From Schmidtea polychroa (taxonomy: Eukaryota), in contig CM097885.1 of assembly GCA_044892525.1 (NCBI GenBank), positions 28,584,001-28,648,000 on the forward strand: a stretch of DNA of 64,000 nt, given 5' to 3'. The notes below the pieces were generated by a model. It searched no databases and was not told where the DNA came from. It worked only from the letters and a program-made list of their open reading frames with translations. A program made the position numbers and the translations under genes. Shown here piece after piece: positions 21,436 through 35,500 of this stretch. Each line of letters begins with the position of its first letter. Positions within the stretch are counted from its first letter, which is position 1.

Positions 21436-23800
21436 TACATCTAATTCTCATCACACATAGTTTTCTTTCTTCTCCAGGAATCGCTTCGATTGCCCTCCCC
21501 ATTGGCCGCTGCAACTGCCCATTATGTCGCATTTTCAGGAGTTTATTGATTCGCTCATTTCCCGTGTCAGTTTATCCCTTTCCCCCTTCATTTCCTGCAT
21601 TTCCTTCGCCATCCTATCACTGTCAGCCTTCACCTGGTGAATGATTTGCACATTTCCATTCAATTCTTGGCATTTTCTGTCGACAATTTTTATTTGTGGT
21701 TCCGATTCAAATTGATTGATAGATTCAATTTGCTGACTGTATCATTTCTGCACCTGTCATTGAACTGAGGTTCTTCCAACACATGTCCAGCCAAGTGGAG
21801 TTAAACGGGCAATCGGTTCATCCAACTTACCATCGATTTCTTTGAGTGCTCGTTGAAGCGTTAAATAATCAGCCCCAATTAAAACTTCAACTGCCTGTCT
21901 TTCGTCTAGCATCGGAAAATTGATGCCCTTAAGATGAGTTCACTTATGTTTTTCTCACGCCCAATTTATTACCCTCGTTTCTCCCTTGATATTTATGACG
22001 GCGAGTACATTGAAGTTCTTAGTCAATAGGCCGTCGTTATTAATTAACTTCATGGTCACTGGAGTAGCCATCATTTGTTGTATTTTACCGCCGATAACAC
22101 CTATTGGTGTCCTCTTTTCAACCCCTTTTAGACCAAGCTCCTTTAAAATTCTTAGATTGATATAGCTTACTGAGCTTGCATCATCTAACAATGCATTGAC
22201 TTTTATTTTCTTGTTCCCATTTTCCAGGTAGATTGGAATTGTTCTTAAACTAAGGTAAGGTCATAGGTTTTTCTCGTTCATCCCTTTCTGGGTCAACATA
22301 GTGTTGTTACCTTTTTCACTCGTCATTTAACATTTCAGTTACCGCAAAATAACTCTGGACCGTCCTCATTGATGTGTTTTCATTTAAAAATTCGTTGTGT
22401 CTTTGCTTACATCCGGTAAACTTGCAGAAAGATTTTTTACGACATTCATTGGCCATGTGATTTCTTTTGAAGCAATTCCTGGACAGTTTCTTTTCTTCGT
22501 TGACTTTCTTCCTTTTTGAAATTGGGAGTTGCTTGAACTTGTCACATCGGTCTAGGTAATGTTGACCACCACATTGTACACACTCTAATCTATAGAGGTT
22601 AGAGTTATTCACCTGTATGACCGTTCCACTTTTAACTCTGCCATCTGGTTGCCTCGTAAAATGAGTCCGACCTCCTGGATTGAAGCTTTCTCTTCCTCTA
22701 GACACACCTTCTACTTTTGGCTCATCATAAGTCCTGGTGTTTGGTTGAATCCCATACACGACCTCGTTAGTAGATCTTAGGATCTCCGCTTCTTGTTGTA
22801 TCCATCTTCTCAAATCCTCTATCGTCTCCCGAAATTCCTTTTATATTTTGTCTTTCTTCCATTTATAAACAAAATTTGTAGTTAACTTGCCCAAACACTT
22901 TTGAAAAAGACATCCAGTCTTTAACTCGGATTCTTTCCCAGTGGATTTAAATTGTTTCTAATAATCCAACAAATAAGTCTAAATCTTTCAAATCTCCTTC
23001 TCGAATTGGCCTGAACTTGTCCATCTTCTCTAACATTGATAGATATATCCTTTCATCCCTCTACCGAATATCCTAGATTTTCAATTAATTTTAATGGCTC
23101 CCCGTGAAGGTACTTGTGCAGGTGAAACATATTTTCAGCCTCGTCACCTTCCGCTTCATCAACACACACTGTAAAAGCTGATTTCCATGGTTCGTACTCT
23201 TTCATCGTGCCTTCAAAGACAGGTATTGTAATTTTTTGTAGACTTTCGAGTTTTCTTTTAAGCACTGAATTATTTTTCTTGATTGTTTCATCATTCTCAT
23301 TTCCCTTCTCTTCCTTAAAAGATTGATTTGCTTATCTTTCCATCAGTGCCCCAATCATTTGATGATTTTCCTCGATCTCCTGCAGGCCATTATCTAATAT
23401 TGCAGTGATATACAATCTTTGCAATTTTTTACTAATAGTTCTTAGATCCCCTAATTCTTCATCTAGACTCTCCTTTTCATTTTCATATTCATCCAACCAT
23501 TGTGACTTCCTTCCCATTTATATCACTGAGAATCTTGTTTCTCAATCTCGTTAATTTTCCTTTTTTCATTCTCTTTTTCCACAGTCATTCTTCGAAAATC
23601 TCTTCGCCATTGCCACCGCACAGCTTGAGTGACAAATGAAGTGTCGAACCTACTTGTATGCAATCATCGTTCAATATTCTTTTATTTTCTAATTGCTTTC
23701 CCGCATAGACTAACATTAGATAATTTTCCGGAATTCCATCTTTGTTTTGAATTTTTTCTTGAACATTTTCAATCGTGTCATTCTGAAAAAAAAAGTCTGA
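21436..23800 (-). mobile_element. BEL/Pao LTR retrotransposon relic, internally deleted, with N-terminal ubiquitin
   Basis: KGKLTRLRNKI, LQKITIPVFEG..WKSAF (BEL gag), three Cys/His knuckles, protease ALLDDASSVSYI, then a jump to the C-terminal integrase tail. Many stops and frameshifts. Confidence 0.85.
23585..23785 (-). pseudogene. Ubiquitin-like domain (N-terminally truncated)
   Basis: [56 protein letters not shown] aligns to ubiquitin residues ~21-76. Confidence 0.9.
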
Positions 23801-24070
23801 ACGTGTCACATTGGTCTAGGTAATGTTGACCACCACATTGTACACACTCTAATCTATAGAGGTTAGAGTTATTCGCTTATCATTTTTCGTTTATTTAAAG
23901 TGTCCAAAGATTAATGTTGTCAATAATGCGAGTCCTCGTGTGCTGGAACGGGTAAGGGACATGATTTTCCCCTTTTATCTTTTTTTTCTTTCGACGAACA
24001 TGGGGAGTGGGAAAATACTCCAAAGCATAGTCATACACTCATTCATGTTTTATAGATTGTCGTCATTTAC

Positions 24071-24797
24071 TTGTCTATTATAGTAATGTTAAAGAACCCA
24101 GCAACTACGACGCCTCTTCTGCCATGCTTTTCTTGTGCCGACAAAAATGCAATCATCAAAACCCTACAGATCAAAATTAATTTGCTGAAGAAGAAGATAG
24201 ATCATCTTGAAGACACGTGGTTCGCGCCCACTCAAATGAAAGAGATTCGCGTGAAGTTATCGCGAATCGAACTCTGCCGCGACAGTCTTATTGAAGAGAG
24301 TCGCACTCAGCGACTACTCATCAAAGAGCAATCAGAGGCCTTGCACAAGGTCTATGTGCAAGCAAACCTCACCAAGAAGATCAAGCAAGAGGACAATGTA
24401 TATCCGTTACATCATCAGGCAACGACGACCAGTCAGTCTTCTAGGAAATCCTGTATCAGCTGTGTAGATACCTTGCTGTCACTTTCCACTTCAGAGATTT
24501 GCATCTGTTACTATCGATGGAATAAGGCACACCTCCGGTGCCACCGATTAAATTCAAATGCCGGCAACCAACCCGAGCAGAAAGAACAAGAAGCGGAAGA
24601 CTCTACAAGCCGATCGGGAAGCGAAATTATTTGGAGAAGCCATACTAGTCAATCAGCAAGCGCCAACCGAAATTTCAACTTTGTCTCATCTTTCCTTCCG
24701 AGTTATCCAGCCATCCAGTACTCCTTGGGAATACAATACGAGAGATTTCTTTGAATTGGACGAAATTTTCGCCGGAGCTTCTCCATCCACGTTATAA
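24071..24797 (+). CDS. Hypothetical coiled-coil protein, probably frameshifted; homolog of 48988-49461
   Basis: Shared motif LE(D/G)TWF(A/S)PxxMK and a basic C-terminal tract. Confidence 0.45.
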
Positions 24798-25459
24798 GCC
24801 AAACAAGGATCCGGAAGTTGTAAATATGACAAATTGCAAGGGATATCGTCCTCGATATTATCCATATCTGATTGTGTTTTCTTGATGTACTGTAGACTCG
24901 TCAAATGTTTTGTTTCCTTTAGATATGTATCGAGTATTATAATAAAGGTTTTGTGTTTATGTGGGGTTGTGACTCAAAGTTTCCACCATATGACTGAATG
25001 AAGTGAGAATGGTGTGAGGTTGATTTATAAATGGGGGAAACGATAGAGCATAGATCAAAGTTTCGATAAGTGAGATAAGACGTTAGTCGTTCTATCGGCA
25101 GTCGGGAGAGGGATAAGCCGAGATATGGCGGAGGAGTAGTCATAAGGCAGAGGCTCACCTGCTTCACCATATCTCGCCATCATGGCACAGTACCAACATG
25201 ATGTGAATCATGGGTGTCATATTGCGGAAAAAGTCATGGGGGTCTTGGCTAGTGGTCAACGAATAGTGCTTGTATATTTCGAAAGACCTTCATCCCTAAT
25301 AGCGAGCGAACGAATGTTGACCTAGTCGACGATCCAACAGTACTAGCACAAAGAAAAACAATTTTATTCTGAAGAAAACTTTTTTATTTTTTATTTTCAT
25401 AGAATACAAATAAAATACAAATATAAAGTACAAATTGAATTATTAGAGTTTAGTTTAAT

Positions 25460-26640
25460 TTATAGTTGTTTTGTGTTATATATTTCAAAACAGTTCAAAA
25501 CACACAATGGTACATTGCAGTCTTTACAGTAACATGTAGTTTCTTTTCTTTTATTATTTTTCGAACATACTACGCTTCTTCTTACGGTTATTCTTTCCTC
25601 TTCTTAAGTAGTTATTTTCTTCATGTAATGCCTACCGGTAAGTCTGGTTGGATTTTCGATATGGACCATTCTCGTGCTACTTGTTGGAGCTTAATTGTAT
25701 TTATCAAAGATTTCTTTGATTAATTGAAGTTGAAAATGTGCTAGAGATGTTTTTTTATTGAGGGAGCTGTATAATATGTGCCCAGCAAATGAAAAACTAC
25801 TTTTTTATATACCATTTTAAACTTTTTCGAATAGATTTTACGCTGCTTAGAACCATGTCTGACTTGTCTACTGCTTCCATAAATTTATTATACTCACAAA
25901 CTGCAGTTGTTTTATAAACATTTTCGCCGCTGTTTCTATCTTCTTTTGCTGTTTCAGTCATTCCTACTTCTTGCATATCATTAATTATTAGGACTTCTTT
26001 TCTATCGCACCATATAATACACAAAGTGATGTTCAATAATTAATGTTTATTAATTATAGTTGTTTTAATAATAGAAAGGACACGTTGGATTATTTAAATA
26101 TTTAGAATATACTTTATTACTTCTCTTTTCTTTAGCTTCTGTGAAGGAAAAACACGCATACATTTTAGTTTTTTTTAACTGTTCTACAAGCATTGGTTTT
26201 ATGTTTATGCAAATATGTAAATAATAAAGGACTCGTGTACCAATTATCTACAAATAACGAATGTCCTTTTTCCAAACAAATGTCCGTCAATGTTATTACA
26301 ATTTGACCAAATTTTCCAAGTTCCGGTTTATTTTTAACGATTTCAGTTGTTGAACCAGTATATATAATAACATTTAAAATGTATTCAGTCACATAACAGA
26401 AATAATTTTACATCGAATCGATTACATTTCGAAGATATATATTGTTTAAATGTAACCCTACCTTTAAAATGCATAACGCTCTTATCGATACAAAGATTTT
26501 GAAATGGAACAAAATTATTCTGGAATGAGCTCTTCAGTGCGCCGACAGGTAATTTTCACTTTTTTCGTCATTTTACAAAAATACAAAATTTTCATAATAA
26601 AAAACCACCTGTCTCTTCATTATTGTGCTTAATATTGGTG
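25460..26640 (-). mobile_element. piggyBac (PGBD4-like) transposase relic
   Basis: GHSLFVDNWYTSPLLF, NACRTVKKN, WCDRKEV, EYNKFMEAVDKSD..KSLKWY; fragmented. Confidence 0.88.
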
Positions 26641-29600
26641 TTTTCAGCAATTGATGAGTTGACAAATACTCTCCCTCTTTAAGGTTTTTTTTCTAGCTGT
26701 TGGTTACTTAGGGGTGGGTTTACATTTTAAAATACGTTAGGGGTAATCATAATCGTTCGACTCTTTCCTAAGCACCTCCATGACTATTGCAATTTAAACC
26801 ATTTGTGTACCCATGGCGACGACCATGTTGGTACTGTACACAAAGGTGAAAAAACAATGAGCAGGTGAGCTCTATTACTAAAACTACTCCCCATTGGATT
26901 TTCTTTTCGGGTTCTAGACTGCCGATAGAAGGTCTTACGTCATTATTCACTATGTATGCTATTTTTGGAGCGTTGTTGGTCCTCAATTACGGGTATTTCT
27001 AATTGTTCTTTTATAAAATTTTGAGCAGGGATCCGTCCTTATTTCCCAGTTAGTAATTATTGTTCTACACTTCCTACAATATTTAAATTATCCTTTGAAA
27101 AATTTGCGCAGGGATTGGCCCTTATTTTCAAGTTAATCCACACTTGCCATAATATTTAAATTGTTCTTCAAAGATTTTGAGCAGGGATCTGCCTGTGTTT
27201 CTAATCCTGAGCTGTCGGAAAAATTACATAAATCTAACTTTATCCATCTTCAACTGGTCTCAACTATTCCGTCTTTACTCCTAACTCACTTATGTCTATA
27301 AAACATAAAGGTGACTAAGCCACCTACATTATCTAAATCTAAATAAAATCCTAAACGACATAAAATGACATTACACTCCCTAATCATTCCTATCACTATC
27401 ACTGTCCTCTAACTCGATGGACTCAACCGGCGAAATATCTGCCGACCAACAGCACGTAGTGCCGCCCGTCCACAAACTTTTCCCCAGCCCAGACCATCGA
27501 CACAATCAACAAATAATATAATTGAATTCAATAAAACTATGATTTGGAATAAATGAATTTAAACCATTAAAAAGGATCACTAAAGAAAATTTAACCGAGA
27601 CATTTATTAATTAAATTTATTAATTAAAATACTTCATAAAAATTACAGAAAACAATAACAAATAAATTACCACATCCACGTTGGCATAAAATCGAAACTG
27701 AGAGTTCTGCAAATTAAGTGGCTATGTTGAAAAAAAAGAGTGAGTTGAGTTGAGTTGAGTTGAGTTTTTCAATTGAATTTGTGATCAGTATTTATACTGA
27801 TTTTGAATGCGTACGCTATCCAATCAGAGTGCGAGAATTATTGAATCGATTTTGCACACATGCATGAATGTGTGTAATTATTTATTTGTTTTAATTTCAT
27901 AAGTTTAATTAATTTCTTATTTAATTTTTATTAATTTTAATTTTACAAATTTTATAATTTAACTAATTTGAGTTATATTAATTTTTATTAATTTAACCAT
28001 TTTTATTCTTTAATTTTAATAAGTTACATAACCATTTCATTCTATAAACTTTACAATTTACATAATGCTAATTACTTTTATTATTTTTGACGATTTAATT
28101 TTTATATTGTTTAAATAATTTTCAACTAATTCCATTTTATATTTTATTATTTTTCTATTTAAATTTTTAAGTGTTGAATTTTCTGTTAAATTTATTTATC
28201 TCTTTATTCTATTATACGGGGTTTATTGATTCTTAATGTGTGATGTAGTTTATTTTATTTATTTTAAATTAAACCTTGGTCATAAATTTTTTCAACTTTG
28301 CGGTTTATGTGTTAGGTATTTTCGATCGATTAAAACAAACTCTCAGTTCTCGTTTTCAGCCCAACATAGCCATCAGTAAAGGTAACCCAATAAAGCACTT
28401 AAACTTATTTTTTATTCATTTGTGGCTTTTGAGAATTGCTTATTATTTTTCAAAAATTGAAAATATTTGTTCGATTCTTCCTCTAACTTCTCTAATAAAA
28501 TCGTTATGATTAAACAGCTCTTCAAAATCTACTAAATGCGTAGAATTTATAATAATATTTGCATTTGTTATCCCACTGTTATTAATTTCAGTAAAATCAT
28601 GATAATTAGGGACCCAATTAGGATTGTATCCCCAAAGTCTGAGACTATCAGATAATCCTTCTGCATTCTCTTCTTCACTACCTAGTTCTTCAATTTCACA
28701 ATCCATCTATCATATTCATCATCACTTTTCACGCTAGACAGAAAATGCTCAATACCCAAAAGTCGTGAATATCAAAAACATCGATATATTTAGTAATTCA
28801 TATACAAGCTTTTTAATATATTTAATCATTAAAAAATATAATTAATAGTAGTTATTCAATGTTATTATTTCTAAGTTGAGTATTGAAACATAACCAAAAA
28901 GAAGGGAAAGAAAAGAAAAGAAATAATTGTCAGTCAAAATAGACATTTATTTTAATTAGGATTTGAGAGACAGTTTGTGAGTCAATTCGTGAGACAATTT
29001 GAGAAAAAATTTCAGAGACAATTTGAGAGATAAAATTATTAGAGAAAAATTAGACAACGTCGAACGAAACGTTATTGGAGAAACAATTTGTGGAATAGAA
29101 TTGTAAAGAAAATAATTGTGAAGATTAATTATTGGAGAAGATTTGAAGAAAAGAATTTGTTGAAAATTAAACGAAAAGAAGTTATTTGAGTATTTGAATA
29201 AATTTGTGAAGAAAGTCAAAGAAAACAACCAGCTCAAAGTCCCAGTTGATAAACCAATCAGTAATTTGTGATCTTTAAATCCGGTGTTATACGCAAGTTC
29301 AATTCCTCACTGAGTGTTGTAATAAGCATGGTATAGTCACCAAGCAGAGTGTTGAATTGGTTATCAGTGTAAAGTGAAAGTTTATTTGTGATTATCAATA
29401 AAGATTTCTGTTGTCAAGTGTTATTTGTGGATCGTATAAAGAGACGTTTGGAGTTATTGTAACATTTAAATTTATCACCAACTCAATAACCCAACAAACG
29501 TGTGAATTATTAACTTTAATTTATAAAATAAGGAAAGCAATTAGATCGATTTCTAAATTTAGAAGAGTTGTAATAAGCACTCAATTACTTCGGTTGCAAT

Positions 29601-32522
29601 ACTGAATCATGTTTTGTCGTAAATTGTTAATTAATTGTACTAGCCAATAAAATTCATATTGTCTGGAATTTTTCATTATTGTATACCAGGTACGATATGG
29701 AGTCATCAATAATTGTAAATGTCACATTTCACTGATACCTCATCAGAATAATAAAGATAATAATGAAATAATAATAGCAGTTAAATACAAATTTAAATAT
29801 ATTATCGTTAAATAAAATGGTAAAAATACAAATAATAACAAAATGATTGTGATTTGTTAGCTAATGGTAATGTTGGGCTAGAACCGATTGAGAGTTTGTT
29901 TTCATGAATCGAAAATACATAACATAAAAACCAAAACAAGTTGAATTAAAATTCATGATCATACACCAAATAATACAAAATAAAGTACAAAACACATTTA
30001 GAATAAATAGAACATGTATAATAAAATCAAGAAACGCAAAAAGTTACAATCACCAACACAGTTAAGAGAAATATCGCAACTAGAAAATAAAAAAATAATA
30101 AATAAAATAATTGATAATAAATTAATTAATAATATGAAAAGCAATTTTAAGAAGGATTAATGGTCATATTGACATACAAAGGACCATAATTGAAATAATT
30201 AGGGATGTTATGGCTCGGATTTACATAAGAAGGAGCTATGACAATGAGTGCTTACTTTAAGAAAAGGAGCAGGAAAAATTTATTTAAAAAGTAAATGAAA
30301 TAAAATAAAGAAATAAATACATTTAAAAATTGAAACAAAAGAAACTTCAGTAGAACTGATGGAATAATGAAAATTAAAATAAAATTAGTTGGAATTAAGT
30401 AGATTATAAAATTAAATTGTTAAAAATACTAATAATTAAAATAAAATTAGTTAACATTATTTAAATTATAAAATGAACAAAATTAAATTAAATAATTAAA
30501 CCAATTAAATTAAAAATAAATAATTACACACAATCATGCATGCATACAAAAGTAATTCAAATGTTATTGCATTCTGATTGTATCTAATGGCAGAAAATGC
30601 ATGGATGCACAGTCAAAATCAGTATAAATACTGATTGAAATTTCAGAATAATTTTAATATTATGGAAAGTATGGAGCAACATTTTTTAACAACAAAAATG
30701 ATTGTGATTTGTTAGCTAATGGTTTTTTAAATTTTTTTAAGGATAATTTACATATTCACAAATATTACAGAAAACACAGAGCAACATCTACTAACAGAAA
30801 AATAAGAGCGGATCCCTGCGTAAAACATTTGAATTAACATTAGAAAACATCCAGAATGAGGACCACAGGTAAATTAAGACAACGATAATGTGACACTAGA
30901 ATAGATAATGAGGTAAGACTTTCTAGAAACTTTCATGGGTACACAGATGGTATAAGCACAATAATCATGAAGGTGTTTAGGAAGGAGTCGATTCAACATC
31001 TATAAGTACCCCGAACACCTGTAAAAATAAAATGGCACACCCCTAAAGGTCAACTGTAATAACAAAAATTACGCTATTGGCGACATTACTGCATTCATCT
31101 TTCCTATTAGTATTATGAATCTGTCTATGTTAAAGGAATGAGCTCTAGTTTTGTTCGAACTTGAGACAGAAATCGTATGTACTCCCAATTTTTATCCTTA
31201 AGATTTATGTTTTGATCTATGTGAATAAATGGATCTGAAATTAATTAGTTAAAGTCCATTATTGTAAAAGTCCATATTTGTTTTGGAAAGAATATTGAAA
31301 AAAATAGTTAATTTTATTTTATATCTACTGAAGAGTCTGATTTCACTAAAGCTGGCAGACTTACATTACCATAATCAATCACCTTCATTTTTTTAGGTGA
31401 AACAGGGGGATCCACTTTCATAGGCTCTGTTGAACAATGTCACTGATCTGACCATTCCAAAAGTATATAATTCTGGATTTAACTATCAAACTGGGGACTA
31501 ACTTATCCAATTCGGTCTGCAACCGCTGCTTACCTCTGTTTTCGAACAACTACAAATAAGTGTACATCCATTATGTGGCAAAAATAGAGGAAACTTAAAA
31601 AATGAATGGTCACGAGAGAATCAATAAATGCTGATAGGGAAAAGATGTCAACTGACGACCACTATAAGTATTTGGAGCCTTTGGAATACACCACAAATAA
31701 GTTAACGAATCCCTATAGCACGCGTATTAATAACATGACCATTGTTTCAGTTAATTATCATTCTGAACACCTTCATTAACTGCGGTGAATATTTAACCAT
31801 TTGAGTGCTGACTGGTTTTGCTAAATACTATTCAATTTTTGCTGAACAAAAACATTGAATTATTTTTCTAAATATTTAATATCTTTCATAATTTTTAACA
31901 TATTTTAATAAAAATTTCACACACAAATACATTTTTAATGTATTGATTAAGTCTAATTAAAATTTATAAGATATTTTTTGCAAATAATTTCGAAGTTTGT
32001 ACTATCACATAGCCTACGAAAAGCCAATCAGTATAAGATTAATTAAATTTATTTCTTCAATACATCTATTTTGTATAATTCAAAAACTGCGATAATAACT
32101 TCACCGTAAAAAAGCTTCATAATCTATATTTCAATGATAATTAAAAAACGCAACTAATAAATACTGCATAGAAAATGAAAATGATCCTCTTTATCAGAAA
32201 TGATTCAAGTAAATTTCATGTCATTATTAAACAGTTTCAACAATGAGAAAATATTTTTAAAAAAACCAAAAAAAAACAATTATTAATTATTTAGTCATAA
32301 TTAATATAAAAAATTATATTATTATTCACATTTAATGAAAATAAGTCTACACAAAAATGAAGTGCATCTGTATAAATTTAAATTCATTATTAAAATTTAT
32401 TGATCCAACTGTACTGCATGCTTATATACAATTTATATTTTATGTAACACTATACAGTTTAACGCTGGCCTCAACTGATGTGCACGCGCGTCTACTCACT
32501 CACTCACTCACTCATAGTTTTG

Positions 32523-35500
32523 TCAGATAGCTTGTGACATCGATGTGAATCCGTAATCCTGAAAGGTAATAACGCAATAATAATGATAATAATAATAATA
32601 GCAGTAATAATAATAATAATAACATCTGCTCCACATAGCTAGCAAATAAATACACAAAATATTGATATAAATCTCGATTGTTACAGTTATGTGCTGTGGA
32701 TAAATTACTACATTATTTATCTTAAATATGTTTGTTTAGAGCCTAAATTGAAAATTTGCCAAAGCTGCAAAGTAAAGAGATTTTTTCGATACCTTGATAT
32801 AAAGTACAACATTTATTTTATCGTAAATGATAATAATTTGACGTTACTGTTGGGGTTAGCACAAAAACCGAAAATTCATATATAAAACGAAAACATAATA
32901 AAAAAGGGTAAAATCAATAAAAGTGCAAAATTAATTAAAATTTACTAATAATCAAAAATCAATATTGAACGGGGTATGGTTGAACGCCAAATTGATAGAC
33001 GAGTTCAGAAATTATAATGAAAAGTTAATAAGGTGTTCAGAGGGAAAGTTAATTTGAAAAAAAATAAATTAATTAATGATGATTTTTTATAATTTTTCAT
33101 ATAATTTTTCAGATATTTCATATAATTTTTCATATAATTTGTCAAATATTTTTCATATAATTTTTCATATAAATTTTCAGATATTTTTTCATATAATTTT
33201 TCATATAATTTTTCATATAATTTTGCAGATAATTTTTCAAATAAGTTCTCAGATAATTTTTCATGATAACTTAAATTTTGAAGCATAGTAGAATTGTTTT
33301 AACTAAAAATTAATTAAAATTTACTAAAAATCAAAAATAAATATTGAACGGGTTATCAGGTATAGTTGAATGCCAAATTGATGTACGAGTTCAGAAATTA
33401 TAATGCAAATTTAATAAAGTGTTCAGAGGGCAAGTTTATGCGAAAAAAAACAAATTAAATAATCTGAAATGGAAAGCCCGAGCCAATGAGAAGCCCGATG
33501 CGCGGTGAGACTCTAGCTACAAGATAAGAGGGAATATTTTGAGGAATATGGCTAATTCTATATATAAATGTCAATGGCTGTGTAAATAATTAATTACAAT
33601 TTCAGACTTTTAAACAATTTCCATAGAATGAAGGATAGTGGTGATTAGTTGGTTTTAAAGGTTTACAAAACTTTGCCGTTCTTAATATCAATGCCGTTCT
33701 CGCCACAGAAAGTTATTTATGCTTGCTACTCGGAGAAAACTATTGTACTAAAATCTAATTGATTTCATATTTTGATCGGTAAGATTGAACAAAGTAGCTC
33801 TTAAAATTATAATTATAACTGTTCTAGCACGTCTCTCTTTCACTTTTCAATCTACATTTCTTTTCGAAAACTATTTTTATTTTACTGCTGCGTCACTATG
33901 AGTTATGGCGCACTTTTTCCCATAATCCAGAACTATTCAATAATTTCTTAAAATATATCGATTTTTCAGATATTTTTCAGGTATTTTTTCAGATATTTTT
34001 CAAATAATTTTTTCAAATAATTTTTCAAATAATTTTTCATATAATTTTTCAAATAATTTTTCAGGTAATTTTTCAAATAATTTTTCAAATAATTTTTCAA
34101 ATAATTTTTCATATAATTTTTCAAATAATTTTTCAGGTAATTTTTCAAATAATTTTTCAAATAATTTTTCAAATAATTTTTCAAATAATTTTTCAAATAA
34201 TTTTTCAAATAATTTTTCAAATAATTTTTCAAATAATTTTTCAAATAATTTTTCAAATAATTTTTCAAATAATTTTTCAAATAATTTTTCAAATAATTTT
34301 TCAAATAATTTTTCAGATAATTTTTCAGAAAATTTTTCAAATAATTTATATTGTTGCCATAACTTACCAACTATCAAGCCATCCAGTTTTAAGTGCCATA
34401 TAAACTGTGGTCATAGCAATGAAATGAAAAGTTCTATATTAAATCAACGATCAACAAATAATACGGCAAAAAAAATCGATTTTCATACGATTTTTATAAG
34501 TCGTATGAATTGTGGCATCCCTATCAAATCCGATTTAAGCGGGCACGACTGTATATACAGCAGTGTTTCCCAACCTGTGTGCCGCGACAAATTATCAAAA
34601 TTGATAGGGTTTATCAACTGTGAATTTTTTTATAACTTATCAATTACTTCAAAATTGCGCTATATCAATTCTGGCAACGTATTGTGCTTTTTAATAACTG
34701 CTCGTATTTTTTGCAGTTGTTTCAAGTGGCGTTATATATGAATGCCTCTCTCATTTAAATTCGTTTCCAAGCTTAATATATATTCTGAAAATATTCCTTC
34801 TTCATAATTTCCTGGAAATATTTGGACAAATAATAGCAGTGGAAAATAATTATTGAATCGCAACAATAGGTGCAAACTTCTTAAAGTTTCTTTAAAATAA
34901 TGCAGTAAACACAGGCAGTGAGCACTGGGTAAATAATTCCACTGAAGGTATTCGATTGGTTGAAACAAATGTTAGAAATGCATATCAATAATACACCACA
35001 GATTAAAATATCGATATTAATAAATAAAAATGATAAAAACACCTATAAAATCACGATTTAATAGCATAAACTTTATTTTATAGATACTAATGATAAACAA
35101 TCATTAGAATAAGTTTTACCAATGATGCTAGATTGACATTTAGAAATTAACAGGAAATGTATAGTGAAAACTTACTGGGAATTGAGGACTGGCGTTAATA
35201 GAACCTCCTTGGTGAGATATAAACTGTGCAGAATTGGACGGTCCTCCTGGCATGGATTGCATATTCAGCGATGCATGATGTGAACCGATTCCTTGATGCA
35301 TCATATGGAGCTGTGAAATAGGCTGAACACCCATTGATACTGATGACTGACTAACTCTCATTGCATGCTCTGAAAATGAAGGACCGTTTGGAGGCATCGG
35401 GTTACAATAATCGGCGATATTATTTCCCATAGTTGCAATGACTTCCATATTTGGATTATGTAACTGGGGTGAATGCTTCATTGAGACTGGCGGCTCGAAA

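Noticed and set aside
33966..34377. KNYL/EKLF repeat ORFs
   Set aside because: Artefact of a 12-bp tandem repeat in an intron.
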